NCBI GenBank assembly: GCA_003344405.1
Contig: NOWV01000029.1
Span: 1-64,000, forward strand
Length of the DNA: 64,000 bases
Direction of reading: 5' to 3'
DNA from: Trichoplax sp. H2
Taxonomy: Eukaryota
The notes beneath the pieces were generated by a model. The model saw only the letters and a list, made by a program, of their open reading frames with translations. It was not told the origin of the DNA and made no database searches. The number at the start of each line of letters is the position of its first letter. Positions within the stretch are counted from its first letter, which is position 1. Positions 11,849-24,422 of this stretch are shown here, in pieces. The position numbers and the translations under genes were made by a program.

Positions 11849-14800
11849 AATGTTGATGCAAGTTGGTCATAAATTAATTTGGTCAATAACAGGTGTAAAA
11901 TTTAGTTAATCTTACTTCTTATTCTATTCAAGGCATGATGTAAAACTATGTTAGCCTCAAATTAAATAGATGATAACATTTAAAGTTATCAATTAAATAT
12001 TAAAGAGGCCAAATCATGGAAACTACCTATTAATAGTATTAAATGAATGGATTTTAATTAGAATAGTATTCCATTTTACTTGATATTTATAGCTCTGCGT
12101 TATTGATACTATGTAAAAATTGTGTTCTAAGATAAATGAACTGATGTACCGGGTAATAATCTAAATTAATCATCATACACGAAGAGAATCAATAATTTTA
12201 ATTTTTACCTACTATTGGTAAATAAATGAATCAACTCCAGCTCCTGTAGCATTTATCTATCGAAAAAATATCATTAAATAGCTAGAAATATTCATCACCT
12301 CTATTTTAATCATTATATTCAGGACAATAGATTATTTAACTAAATAGATTTTGAAAATAATTCTGTTCTATTGTAAATGGGCAGCTAATTCGAAATTGGA
12401 TTCCGGTTGTAGTGTATTTACTTCGTCCGAATTATCCTATATCATCAATTTATTTCCGTAAATAACATAGGTTGCGGTTATAAAACATTTTCTATATTGA
12501 GTTTCTTTCTAAAATCAGTGGCGTTTGTTTACTTAAAATTCCTCTCTTAGCAAACCTAATAGCAAAGACCGTCATTATAGAAAGTTTATCGATTATCATT
12601 TTTGTCAACCCTTATAGACTCCCCGTTTCAATAAAACTACATTTCATTACAACCCTAAGTCAACATCATCTAAATTAATGAAATGTTTTTTTTAAAATCA
12701 ATTTGTTCAAGATATACGATATCAATATAATACCATCATTTAAACATTTTAATATCTTAATTAAGGATAATACGTAGCCATTATGTTTTATATTTAAAAA
12801 TTTTATGTAGAGATCATCTGTCTCGAATAACTTGCAAGGAAGCCCTTATATGATCCATTTTTCTTACCTACTCTAACTAACAGATGAAATAAACGTGTCC
12901 ATTTTAACATGTCAAAAAGTTTCATATACGAGCCATTATGTCCTCTTTTTAAGAAGAAATAGAGCAATGTTGCTTGCTTACCGTTGTAGTGTGATAATTT
13001 ACTATAATAAAGTAAATGTTTTTTTAATGACTTTTGCGATACTTGAGACACTTTAATTAGGTTCAAATACCGTTTAAAAAGATTGACAGAGCTGATGCAC
13101 ATAGGCGGCATAGCTCTTATTTTCCTTACTCAATAAAAAATTGTAGGTATCCGTAACTCTGCAAGTATGATAGCATTCCAAGTCACGGAATTAATTTCTT
13201 TAGCTAACCAAATCTTTGTCACTATCATATTCTTATCACAGGTTGAAAATATGCACTGGCATAGGCTTTCTTCGTTGAACTAGGAGATGTTTGTACAATA
13301 GACTAATACAGACTTACTTTAATCTTTCTATGAAGTTCATAATCAATTTTTATTAGTGTAGCAGATCAGAAAACTAGTCCTGATAAAATTTATTCTTGTG
13401 CTCGATTAGCCAAGAATTTTGTAGTGATTCTATATACAGAATGTATAGCATACGTCCGTATGCTATAAAGAAGACGATAATCTGCATATAACTTCTATAT
13501 AATTAATCTTTAGATTATAAATAATGCCAGCTGCTTATAAAATATAGATTTCTATTTAAGCTATGGTACTCCCATAGAGCCTGTATAAGGTATTTACCTA
13601 TAACCTATACACATTATCTACGACTTTTCTGATTCCTAATAAACAGCATAAACATAGTGTCATATTTTGAATATCCAGATATATAACTTGCCATTATAAT
13701 TTCACATCCTCTCGCATTTGTAAGAAATCGAATTTACAACGGATTTTATCTATAACCAAAATATTCATTTAAAACGTGTAGAAAAGATATACTTTCATAT
13801 CTACCGATATATTCATGATGCGTGATATAATAAATACGCCGCTGAGATTCACTTTAATAGAAAATTAATTTGAAAGATGATTGAATTAAATATAATAAAT
13901 ATCAATCACTTACTTAAATACGATTGTTTATAAATTATAGCATAAAAAGCTTTTGTCCATGATTTGTCTTTAACCTTCCATGATTGAGCAGGAAGTAATA
14001 AACAATCGTTACCTTGTTTCTACATATCAATCTTTACTGTTAATTTAGAAGAATACCATGGTTAATATGAAAATAACTTCTTATATTTGATATAATATAC
14101 AGCATAATAATGGTATTATCCCGGTCGACTAGTTAGGCTTTTCAATAGCTATAATAAACTTTATTAACTACTATGATAGCATTTCCTAGACTATCTATGC
14201 TATCTAAAATATTAACCACATTAATTTCAAGAAGATTTCTATACATCAACGATTATTAAAATAATAGTGAAAAAGATGTAAAGTTATCTAATTTTCTAAC
14301 CACAAGGATATTAATCTTCTTCCATAAAACGGCCCTACCATCATTACAAGAAGGATAAAATGAAAGTTCTTTACAGCCTATGTCCAATTTTCATAGGTTT
14401 TCAGTATCGATATAGTGAACTGTGACAGATGCTATACAATGAAGGATTGTTTTCTAAAGGCTATCATAGCTCAATAAAGCAACATAGGAAATTGAAGAAG
14501 AATGTGTATGACTTTGTCAAAATGATTCAACAACCAGCCCATGTTGCATCGATATAAAAAATTAATAAAAATCAATTATACAACTATGGCTATGCCTTAA
14601 GAAATACGCGCACTATCTAGTTTTATAGCAAAAATACTTTTGATAATATTTTAAGTGCTCTAGCTTGCACGTTTTCTTCAACTAAATTAGCTCTAAACAC
14701 TTTTAATGCTTTGCTCTAATTTTACTGAATCTGGAAGCATTAATATTAGTAAATAATTGCAAAAGGAAGCCTTATACGTGTATATTAACTAAACAGAATT

Positions 14801-15810
14801 ATTTTGAACAATTTGACTACTAAATTGATTCTCAAATGATCTATTAAGTAGAAAAAAATCAGATGTCTGTCAACTTAAATATATAGAGGGTATTAATTTA
14901 CCATCACAGCTTCATTGTCCTGCAAAACAAAGTTACTATAATTGTTAGAATATACATTATTTTTCAATAATTTTAACACTCTTCCGATGATCTCCGAATT
15001 TTAATAAGCTCAGTTTTCCTTCATATCAGAAGAGATTACGACTCTCTACAATAATTATCGATAGTATATGCGAGATGCATGAACTTACAACAGTAATTAT
15101 AGTTATCTATACTACAAAACAAAGTGTGTATGAATAAATCTTCATGTTAACAATATTTCTAGGTACATACATAAAATCAATTTAATAATATGCACGTTTC
15201 TGTAAGACTATAAATTAGGTTAGTACAGTCTAGTGGAGGATAATTTTTTTGCTTAAACATCGATAATGGCTATCAAAAAATCTGAACGATGATAACTTTA
15301 AACTTAAAAATTTCACCTCCTTCAAACTGCCTAATTTTTTCTAAAGCTTGGCAACAAATTACTAGGAAATTCGATATAGCTGCACGTTTTCTTCGATATT
15401 TTATTTTAGGATCATTCGAAATCATTAGATTTTCCAAGAAATTGTTAATAAAGTAAAAGGAATACGAAAAAATTAGCGCCTTCTATTTAATAACTTTTTC
15501 TAGAATTATATCAAATATCTTGATCTTTCAAAAGATTCACAATAAAACACTCGAAATACGAAATAATCTACACGTCATCTTTAATTATTTTTTCTAAACC
15601 ATTTAACATTTTCTTGTCTTCATGAAGATTGTTAATAAATGCCGTACTAGATTGGGGGAATAGTCTACACGAGTTCCTATTAAAGAATTTAAATAATTTA
15701 GTATTTTCTCTCCTAAAACTCAGCCTACACGATCTACGTTACCATACTGAAATTAATTAGTATTGCTTGCAATTTCATATACTTCTTTCCTTGTAATCAT
15801 ATTATTCTTA

Positions 15811-17058
15811 TGTCACAAAACAGCTTTGCAACAAGATAACGTAATATACTATCAATAAGTCAATTCCTTGAGCCACGTATCAAAGAGCGATATCTGCACT
15901 ATCAGAAACACTTTTGCTCTACTTGCAGACTACACAAAGACTTAGACGCCTCGTATTTTATGTTAAACACTAAGTTTAAGAATCGACTTTATAACACGAT
16001 ATACTGCATTTATATACTCTTTCTCAATAGTTCATGAGTCATAGTTAGTACGATTAACTTTGGAATCATTCACTGAATTAGATATATCTTAATGCAGACA
16101 ACAGTATTTACGAACATAGACATCTGATGGTGTTACAGTGTTAAATACTGTATTACAGTAGAAATATCTATGTTAGGATAATTCTGTTAGACTATCCTTA
16201 TTTAGTTAACTTCTAATTTGGATATACTGTATTTTAATATAGCACTGACTTTTTATGACAGTGACACTTATACACATACTGAAATTAACAGTTATAATAG
16301 GTAATGCAAATCATCTGCTTACAGTTCGAATCATTGTGATTGTAACTTACTTATGGTAGACTGTAAATTATCATGGAAATGTTCCGTGATAGGAAATATC
16401 GTAATCTGACTATTCTGTATTAGTCATTACATGTCTATGTTGGTAAATACTGTTGTCTGCATTGAGGGAGCAGTAGCTAAAATTAATATCTAATTCAGTA
16501 AATGATTCTAATGTTAATTGTATTAACTATGACTCATCAACTATTGAGGAGTAGTATATAAATGCAGTATATCGTGAAATAAAGTGAATTCTCCAACTTA
16601 GTGCTTAACGTAAAATACGAGGCGTTTAAGTCTTTGTGTAGCCTGCTAGTAGAGCAAAAGTGTTTGTGATAGTGCAGATATCGTTCCTTGATACGTGATT
16701 CAAGGAATTGACTTATTGATCGTATATTGCGTTATCTTGTTGCGAAGCTGTTTTGGGACAGATGGCTAATACAGAATAGTCAGATTACGATATGTCCTAT
16801 CACGGAACATTTCCACGATAATTTACAATCTACCATAAGTAAGTTACAATCACAATGATTCGAAATGTAAGTAGATGATTTGCATTACCTATTATAACTG
16901 TTAATTTCAGTATGTGTATACGTATCACTGTCATAAATAGTCAGTGCTATATTAAAACACAGTATATCCAAATTAGAAGTTAACTAAATAAGGATAGTCT
17001 AACAGAATTATCCTAACATAGATATTTCTACTCTAATACTGTATATAACACTGTCACA
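15811..17058 (-). mobile_element. Solo-LTR-like element (outer copy, about 613 bp, split by a nested copy)
   Basis: Ends TGT...ACA, flanked by direct repeat TCTTA at 15806-15810 and 17059-17063. Halves 15811-16130 and 16766-17058 together are the reverse complement of the inner element. Confidence 0.85.
16131..16760 (+). mobile_element. Solo-LTR-like element (inner copy, 630 bp), inverted relative to its host copy
   Basis: TGTTAC...GGGACA ends, flanked by GATGG at 16126-16130 and 16761-16765. Internal TATATAAA (16555-16562) is followed by AATAAA (16578-16583), as in an LTR U3/R region. No long ORF. Confidence 0.85.
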
Positions 17059-19389
17059 TCTTAATATTCATGTAAAGCATTGTTTTAATTGAGACAGCTA
17101 CGAAATTTTTATCGAAATTTCATAATATTTTATAACATTTAATATCTGATGATTTTAACAAACAAGTTTAATTTGTCGATTACTAACATAACATTTTAAT
17201 AATCTATTTACAGTTAATTGACTCATATTTCGCGTCTCTAATAAATCATTCTAGACTACAGAAATTCCTTCCTTACTAAACTCAGCTCTTTCTCGAACTC
17301 TTGCCATGAATAAACCTAACACAATTGCCATAGTGCTTCTTGCTGTTATCTAATGGCACATAAACATATATATGCATATCTTGCAACTCAATTAAACTTG
17401 AGGGTGGTATCGTTTGCAGGTTTATTTAAATGTAAAGGATAAATTTATTGTTAGCGTATTTCCAAGAATTTCATGTATAAAATTATCATCATATCGATAT
17501 TGATCTTTCGTTATACATGACTATTTTTAGTTGCATAAGGCATTCGGTATCAAACGTAATCAATTATTTCAATCATAATTCATCTAATTTACCATTATCT
17601 AACGTAAAAAACAGACTGCATCAGTGAATATTCTAATTGAACGTTAATTACTTACATTCTAAAATTAATAGACCAATCAATTCTAAAAGTTTAAACATAT
17701 ACATTAAGATTTCTTTGGTATATTTTTCAAATATCCTTAACCAAAAAAATTGGCATATTTCACGTAGCATAGTAACATTAATACTTCTCGTAAATTCATG
17801 ACGTTCCTAGGAAAATGAATTCTTTTCTCTCTAAGGCTTTATTTATATACTATTATTTTAGTAAATGTTCTAGAAGATGTAATGCTACAAGCTGTATAGT
17901 TTCGTCTTGCGAAAATTTATTAACTTATGAATCAAATATCATGATAATCTACGGCAAAAAATTATAATAATCTTAATTTTTCTCATTTCTTTCACATTTT
18001 TTTAGCGGCTAATTTGATATTTAATTATATTCAATTCACAAGGGTCGTAAAAAATATCATCATTCTGAAAGAAAGTATTTTAAGAATTAGTGATAGTATT
18101 TTGATAGAGTTTTTACCAACTAGAAACAACTAATAACGTCTTATAAACTAATTACTCCCAATTTAAAATATGCTAAATTTAGATAAATATATGAATAAGT
18201 TTTAAAACTATATTCGCTGCACATCTCATAATTCGATTTTTATCACCTTTGTTGGGAAGGTTATGATCTCATCATCATCTAGAAATATTTTGCTGTTAGT
18301 CTTTAAGATTTTCTTAGGATTAACGATATGATTTATTCAAAAACAAGTTGTAATACTTTGAGGATAGTTCTATCAATGATAATTCCTTACTAATCCATAA
18401 CATTTTAAAAAATTTGTTTCTTATTAATATTACATAAATGTTATAGCATTATAATAGTTCAACGTAGGCGAAGTATCCTAACAATATGAAATCACTAATA
18501 CATGCTATTTCCTTCTCATCATTATTCAAATACTTCTGTTCTGAACATGTTTATACCTTGAGATTCCCATTTATGATAGTATTTCTTACAGACCAGGCGT
18601 CAGTTTAAATTTAAGTCCTTATTGCATTCTGTCACGAGATAGACTTGTGACAACTACAGTAACTGAGAATGCAAAATCTAAGAAATATTTTTATAGCATA
18701 CCAAACTCATCGATCGTAGGCCATTATCCTCACTATCATATAGAATCGATACCGAAAAAGTAATAAAAATAATGTATCTAGCATATTTACATATCTCTCA
18801 TAGAATATACAGTATATACAATTACGCATATTAAAATATAACGGATATTTGTTACATATGCATATAATTATTGCATTTATAGACTGTTCTTCAAATAAAA
18901 TAGTTATATTTTATTGGCATGGATTGCATCCAATTTGTTTTTGTTGATGATAAATTGCCATGATTATCCTTACTAAAAAATGTAATAAATTACGCCATTA
19001 CCATAAATTACTCAAAATAATTACGGTATATTACAAATTATAACGAGAAAATATCAATAATTTCTATTTATAATTAATAAGCGATTTGAGTACAGTACAT
19101 AGTTAAAGTGTTATCCGAATTAAGGTTATTATTAGCTGATGACATAAATGGTGGGCTATTTTAGATATTTGGTTCCCTGCTTTGGAGGGTTACTACATGA
19201 CCAATTATTGTATAATATAATAAGATTCAATAAAAAATGAAAATAGAAATTATTTCCTTCTATTCAATTTACATTCTGAATAGACTATTGATTAATTGAG
19301 AATAGTAGGAGCATACTATGTCGCTAATGAATTGAGTTATGTCTTCAATCATGCCGTAAAGTAGATCAGTGCAAATGATCCACCATCCA

Positions 19390-19407
19390 CCCTAACCCTA
19401 ACCCTAA
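19390..19407. repeat. Three copies of the telomere-type hexamer CCCTAA
   Basis: ccctaaccctaaccctaa read directly. Confidence 0.6.
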
Positions 19408-21574
19408 CACTATTGCCTTTTTCTCAACATGACGATGATATTCAACCAAGTATGAATAAGAGTCGAGGCGAGAATAGAATTTTTAGTTTTTTGTCAATTC
19501 AATTTCTCATTTCAATATTCTCTATCCAAATTTCTGCTATAGAAATATTGCAAAAATAAAATGTAACTGCCTCCATTTTATTTTTTCATCAACAAATAAT
19601 ATCAATAACTTGGTAATCGTTATTTTAGTGCTATTCTAAAAATTGTGTTGACGATGTTGCAGTAACATCATAACAACTTGTGTTTATTTATTTGGATTGC
19701 AATCAATAACACCCACCTATACTATCATTATAGCTAGCATTTCAACTATTGAATAGGACCTATTTTAATTAATTTTAACCCATCATGAAGTCGATTTCAT
19801 CCAATTAAAGCATGACTACGTTGGTAATTAACTTATTGATTGGAAGACATAGATGATATATTATCTCATGTTTTTGTTTCTGATCACTTACTACCATGTC
19901 ATGATTAGTGCTATTAAATTAAAAACGTGACTACGCTATGATTGAAAGGGTATTTGATGATATCAATCATGACTAGATAGCAATCAAATTTTACTTCTAT
20001 CAGTAGTAGAACAAATAGCAGAATCTATTTTAGAACATTGTCGAATATCTTGAGCTTTATTCTTAGTATATTTATAATCTCTATTCTATGCGGTGTACTT
20101 TTCCAATAGTTTGCCAGTATCGCATGACTATTCTATACCATTGACATTCAATACCGCAGAAAACTGTCTCATCAAATTTTATTTTTTCATTCTTGAATTA
20201 TTCATTCTAATTTTATAGGCAATTTTTCAACCATTACGGAACTTTTCAACACATACTTGTTATTGTATCAGTTGCTTTTTTAAGCAATTGCTATCATTAT
20301 GTCGGGCATCCGTCTTTTCATATTGCTATATCGTTTTTTGTATAGATTTTGTTCCAATAAGTATCTAACCAAGTCTAAATATCGATTATTGATCGATCAA
20401 TAACACTACCCTTGTTATGATAGAATGGATGACTATTTATTGTTTATATATTATATCAAAAAATTTTTAAGAAAAGGAAAAATACAAAAAAAAGGAGGTA
20501 ACATCTATTCTTTCTTGATATGCTCTCCTACAAATCTCTCTATCATTTCTTTCTTAACCCTATCTATAGATAGTTACTCTATTCCGCAAAGTAAGCGTAT
20601 ATCGCTATCCTGTAGAGTATGGAAAAATAACCCATTATCTCATTTATTGAGAACTGATTTGACATAGAACAATTCTAATTCAATATCTTTGTTCTATGTG
20701 ATTGGTGTTATACAACTTGTCCATTTATCAATCAAATAGTACATCTAAACTAATGATCTGACGTCAGTTAATCAGTTTAGCAATTAAAATTACCGCACCT
20801 GTTATCCGCACTACCACACACACTTCCTCATTGTCATATACTTGTACATATATAAAATGAATCAAGCCAAGTATTTTATTGCTAAACCAATATTTGCTCA
20901 TCCCAAGTAGGCTTTCCAATACATTGGATTGATACTCATTGTATAAAAATAACTCAACTGCAGGTATATTTAAAGGCTGAACGATTAAAAAGCCCGTCAA
21001 ATTATCCACCGCTGCGTGCCTGTAAATTTTATCGCCGTTCCTTCCTACATTACTGTAGTTAGCGCGAATTTCTGTCGCTTGAAAAGGTAATCAATCACTC
21101 ATTGCTACAATGTCGTCGACATTTAGACAGTCATTTTATCATTTTCAACAAATAATATCAATTATCAAATTAATATATTCGATCTTTATTTCCTTCATTC
21201 TAACATTGCAATTTAATGTAAGTATTTCATCAATGGTAATTTATTCCTTGATCAACTGTCATTAATATTATGACGCAAAGGAATCTTCATTTGACAGCTA
21301 TTTTAACCAAATCGACTTAACAAAAATGACACTGGATCTTACCCTAAAACCATAATAAGAATCCAAAAGTATTAGCACCATTTTAATACTCGCTTCAAAT
21401 TGAATAAATTTTTTTAATGCTTGTATGCCTTTTTTAATATACTATTCAAAATTCTCATCCTGTTATAAAATAATTTTATTTTCTAACTATCCATTTTTCA
21501 TAGGTTGACGAATTAAAAACAAAATTGCTATCATTTTACAATACTATTACTGCTGATCCCCGAAGAACATAAGT

Positions 21575-24422
21575 ATGGCTGCAAGACTATATGCTGTTAT
21601 TACCTTAGCCGTTGTATTATCCGCTATTCATATAACCACGGCTTCGGATTTTATCATTTTCAACGATGCTTCTACTTCTTCAGCGATTAATTGCGGTGAT
21701 GATTATGCCATGGCGGGTGCCTTTTGGTCTAAATGCCAACATTACGCAAGTTTTGATGATTGCGTCTTTAAGCGCCGAAAGAGAAACATCATTGATACAT
21801 GGCGTAATGGCAGAAATTCATTGAACGAAAGAAACGGTAATAAATTCAAATATGGATAGTCTTACTATAACATCAATTAGCTAACTAAAACGACTAGATG
21901 TAATTATTTTGAGCCATCGATTTTCCACCCTATTTGATCTACTCCCTCTTCTGTTTAAATAACAAGTTAATAAAATATTCTTTCAATGATCAGATAGTTT
22001 ACATATGTTGAAGATTAAGTATCATCTTGTCAATAACGCCTCTACTTTTTGCTTCATATTTCTCAGTTATTTTTCATGATCAAATATTATTTCTCTTACG
22101 TTTAATATACACTTTTACAACATAGCTTAGGTGTTGATTGATTTTACAGTAACTAGTGCACATATGTCATAGGTTCAGTTAATTAAAAAATTCTCTAGCA
22201 ATACAATTTAAAGCTATGCTCACGTAGTTTTTTTTCCCAATCTACTCTAGTCGACAAAAGTCGATAATCGATCATGATACAGCCATAGTTCAGTAATTAT
22301 TGATCCTACTTTCAATTTTATTAGCATATTGCTACTAATTTAAATTCTATGTCTTGAGTTATTAAAAAATTGGATTACTATCAGTAATCTTTAAATTATT
22401 TTATAACGAAATATTTTTTAATACAATCTATCTCAAATATTCTTTCAATGGTTAGTATAAAATAATAATAATAAGCAATCAATCTCTCTATTTAATTTCG
22501 TTGGTAATTAATATTAAAGTTAGTTCCAGACACCCGTTTCCCACCCTGTCATTTATTTCTTAAGATTAAAATTCCCATCAGCATTGGTGGTAGTTAATAG
22601 AATTTAATTTAACGATTGTTTTCACTTAATTATTAGAATTATCCATGTTGCTAAGTAAATATAGCAAATAGAGACCGTTAAAGTAATCAATTTTCATATT
22701 GACAATCAATCAAATTATCAGCGCCCTAGAGCAATAATATTTTTGAATAGTACTTCAACCCTTGATTGCATCTTACATTAACTACTAGTATGGATTGCCT
22801 CGTATAAGCCGTTAAGCAAATAAATACACGACATTTTGTTCTTCATCAAACCCCAGTCATCATATTCATTTGTTATTATTATATCATCCTTTCTTTTCTT
22901 CTATGCCAAAAATTAGAAGTTGCATGTAAAAGCCCGTCTTCTTCATTATTTACTAACGCTAATTAATATAAATACATCCAGACACCCAGATCAATAATAT
23001 TTAGTTAGATGTAATTCACACAGATTCATATTATTCAATCAAAAATTTACACTTCTAATTATGAAAATAGAAATTCACGATTCGTTAGCCAACCGCAAAC
23101 AAATTCCCTGCCATTAATTTATAAATTTCTTGTTCACAAGCCATGTAATCCTTTCAATTTCTGTTGACAATCATTTTAACTGCAAACTAAGAAGAAATGA
23201 AATTCAATTTATCATCATTCTATGAGATAAGATTAATCTTTAATATTACCCAATAACTTATAAATAAGTCAAAGTCCTGGATATCTATTAGCTGATTTAC
23301 GACAATAAAAAGTCATATTTTCAATCATTATTGAAAGACGATTATAACGCCTACAAAAGTAGTAATAGAAAACGTAATGATAGAGTAGCATTTCAACTTT
23401 TATCCCTTTACTTGTATGCAACTTATAATATTTCCTTCGCATGATATCTAAATCACCGTGGTTTGCTCTCAGCTTACGTTTTTCGTTAATTATTGATCGC
23501 ACAAATAGATAAGAACGTATCGAAATAAAATCTTAAAACATAAGTATACTTCATTTTTAATATTTTTGTTTTATCTTTGTGACCTTTAATTTCTACTATT
23601 ACATTGTTACCTGCCTATCAAAAGGTTTTAAAGCTAATTTGTGAACATCCAAATACAATCTTTTCTGCACCAATAATATCGATCTAACAAATTAGTAAAA
23701 AAGCATATGGATTGATTTTATTAATTTATCATCAGCTTCGCGTTAATAATCAAAATAGAAATTAAATTAAAATACCAACGTCATAATGCGAAGCACGATA
23801 AATAATCTAATTTGGAACTACCATTGCAATGATATTTCTTCCCATCTATCATGTTATTTTCCTTATTTTTTAATTTAATTGAAATGTATTGGGTAGATAC
23901 TATTGCCATTTTGTACCCACATAGCAGTAGAGATATGATAGTCTTTTTATCAAGAGGGGCTTTAAATTTCCAAAATATTGTACGTAAAATCGCTTTAAAT
24001 AGTATGATTTAATTAAGTGTTCATTTAGTAGGTTTAGATTTTTGAGAAATTAATTCTACTAGCATATCTTAATGAACAACGTAAGGATAAAATTATTCAA
24101 GACCAAAAGTTAATATCTATTTACTTCAGCTATTCTAGAGTTCAATTTTTTTACTAGCAAATCATTCATTTAGCTTATTGCCATCTCAATTTTAGATCTT
24201 GATTCGGCATTAGAAGCCAAGACATTCTTGCGCCATACACGTCCACATAAACGATCTGGAATCCTCCTAGCAGTCAAATCACAATGTTGCCAAGGCTCTA
24301 CTGGAACAGTTCAATGTTCAGAATCCAATATGGAACAAATGTGTACATCTTCGTATAAAGATGATACTTATGCTGAAGCTTTGGCAATTGGTTGCAACTT
24401 TCTTGCCCAAAATATGTTTTAA
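21575..24422 (+). CDS. Insulin-like peptide prepro-hormone, 162 aa, two coding exons, 8 cysteines
   Basis: Exon 21575-21836 encodes a signal peptide, B chain CGDDYAMAGAFWSKC..C and KRRKR. A phase-1 intron (G|GTAATA ... tttag|AT) joins it to exon 24196-24422, which encodes the C-peptide end ALEAKTFL..HKR and A chain SGILLAVKSQCC-x8-C-x8-C plus a tail with one more Cys. 5'UTR acceptor at 21503; AATAAA at 24594. Confidence 0.85.

Noticed and set aside
19390..19407. Telomere or chromosome fusion site
   Set aside because: Only three hexamers, embedded in ordinary intergenic DNA.
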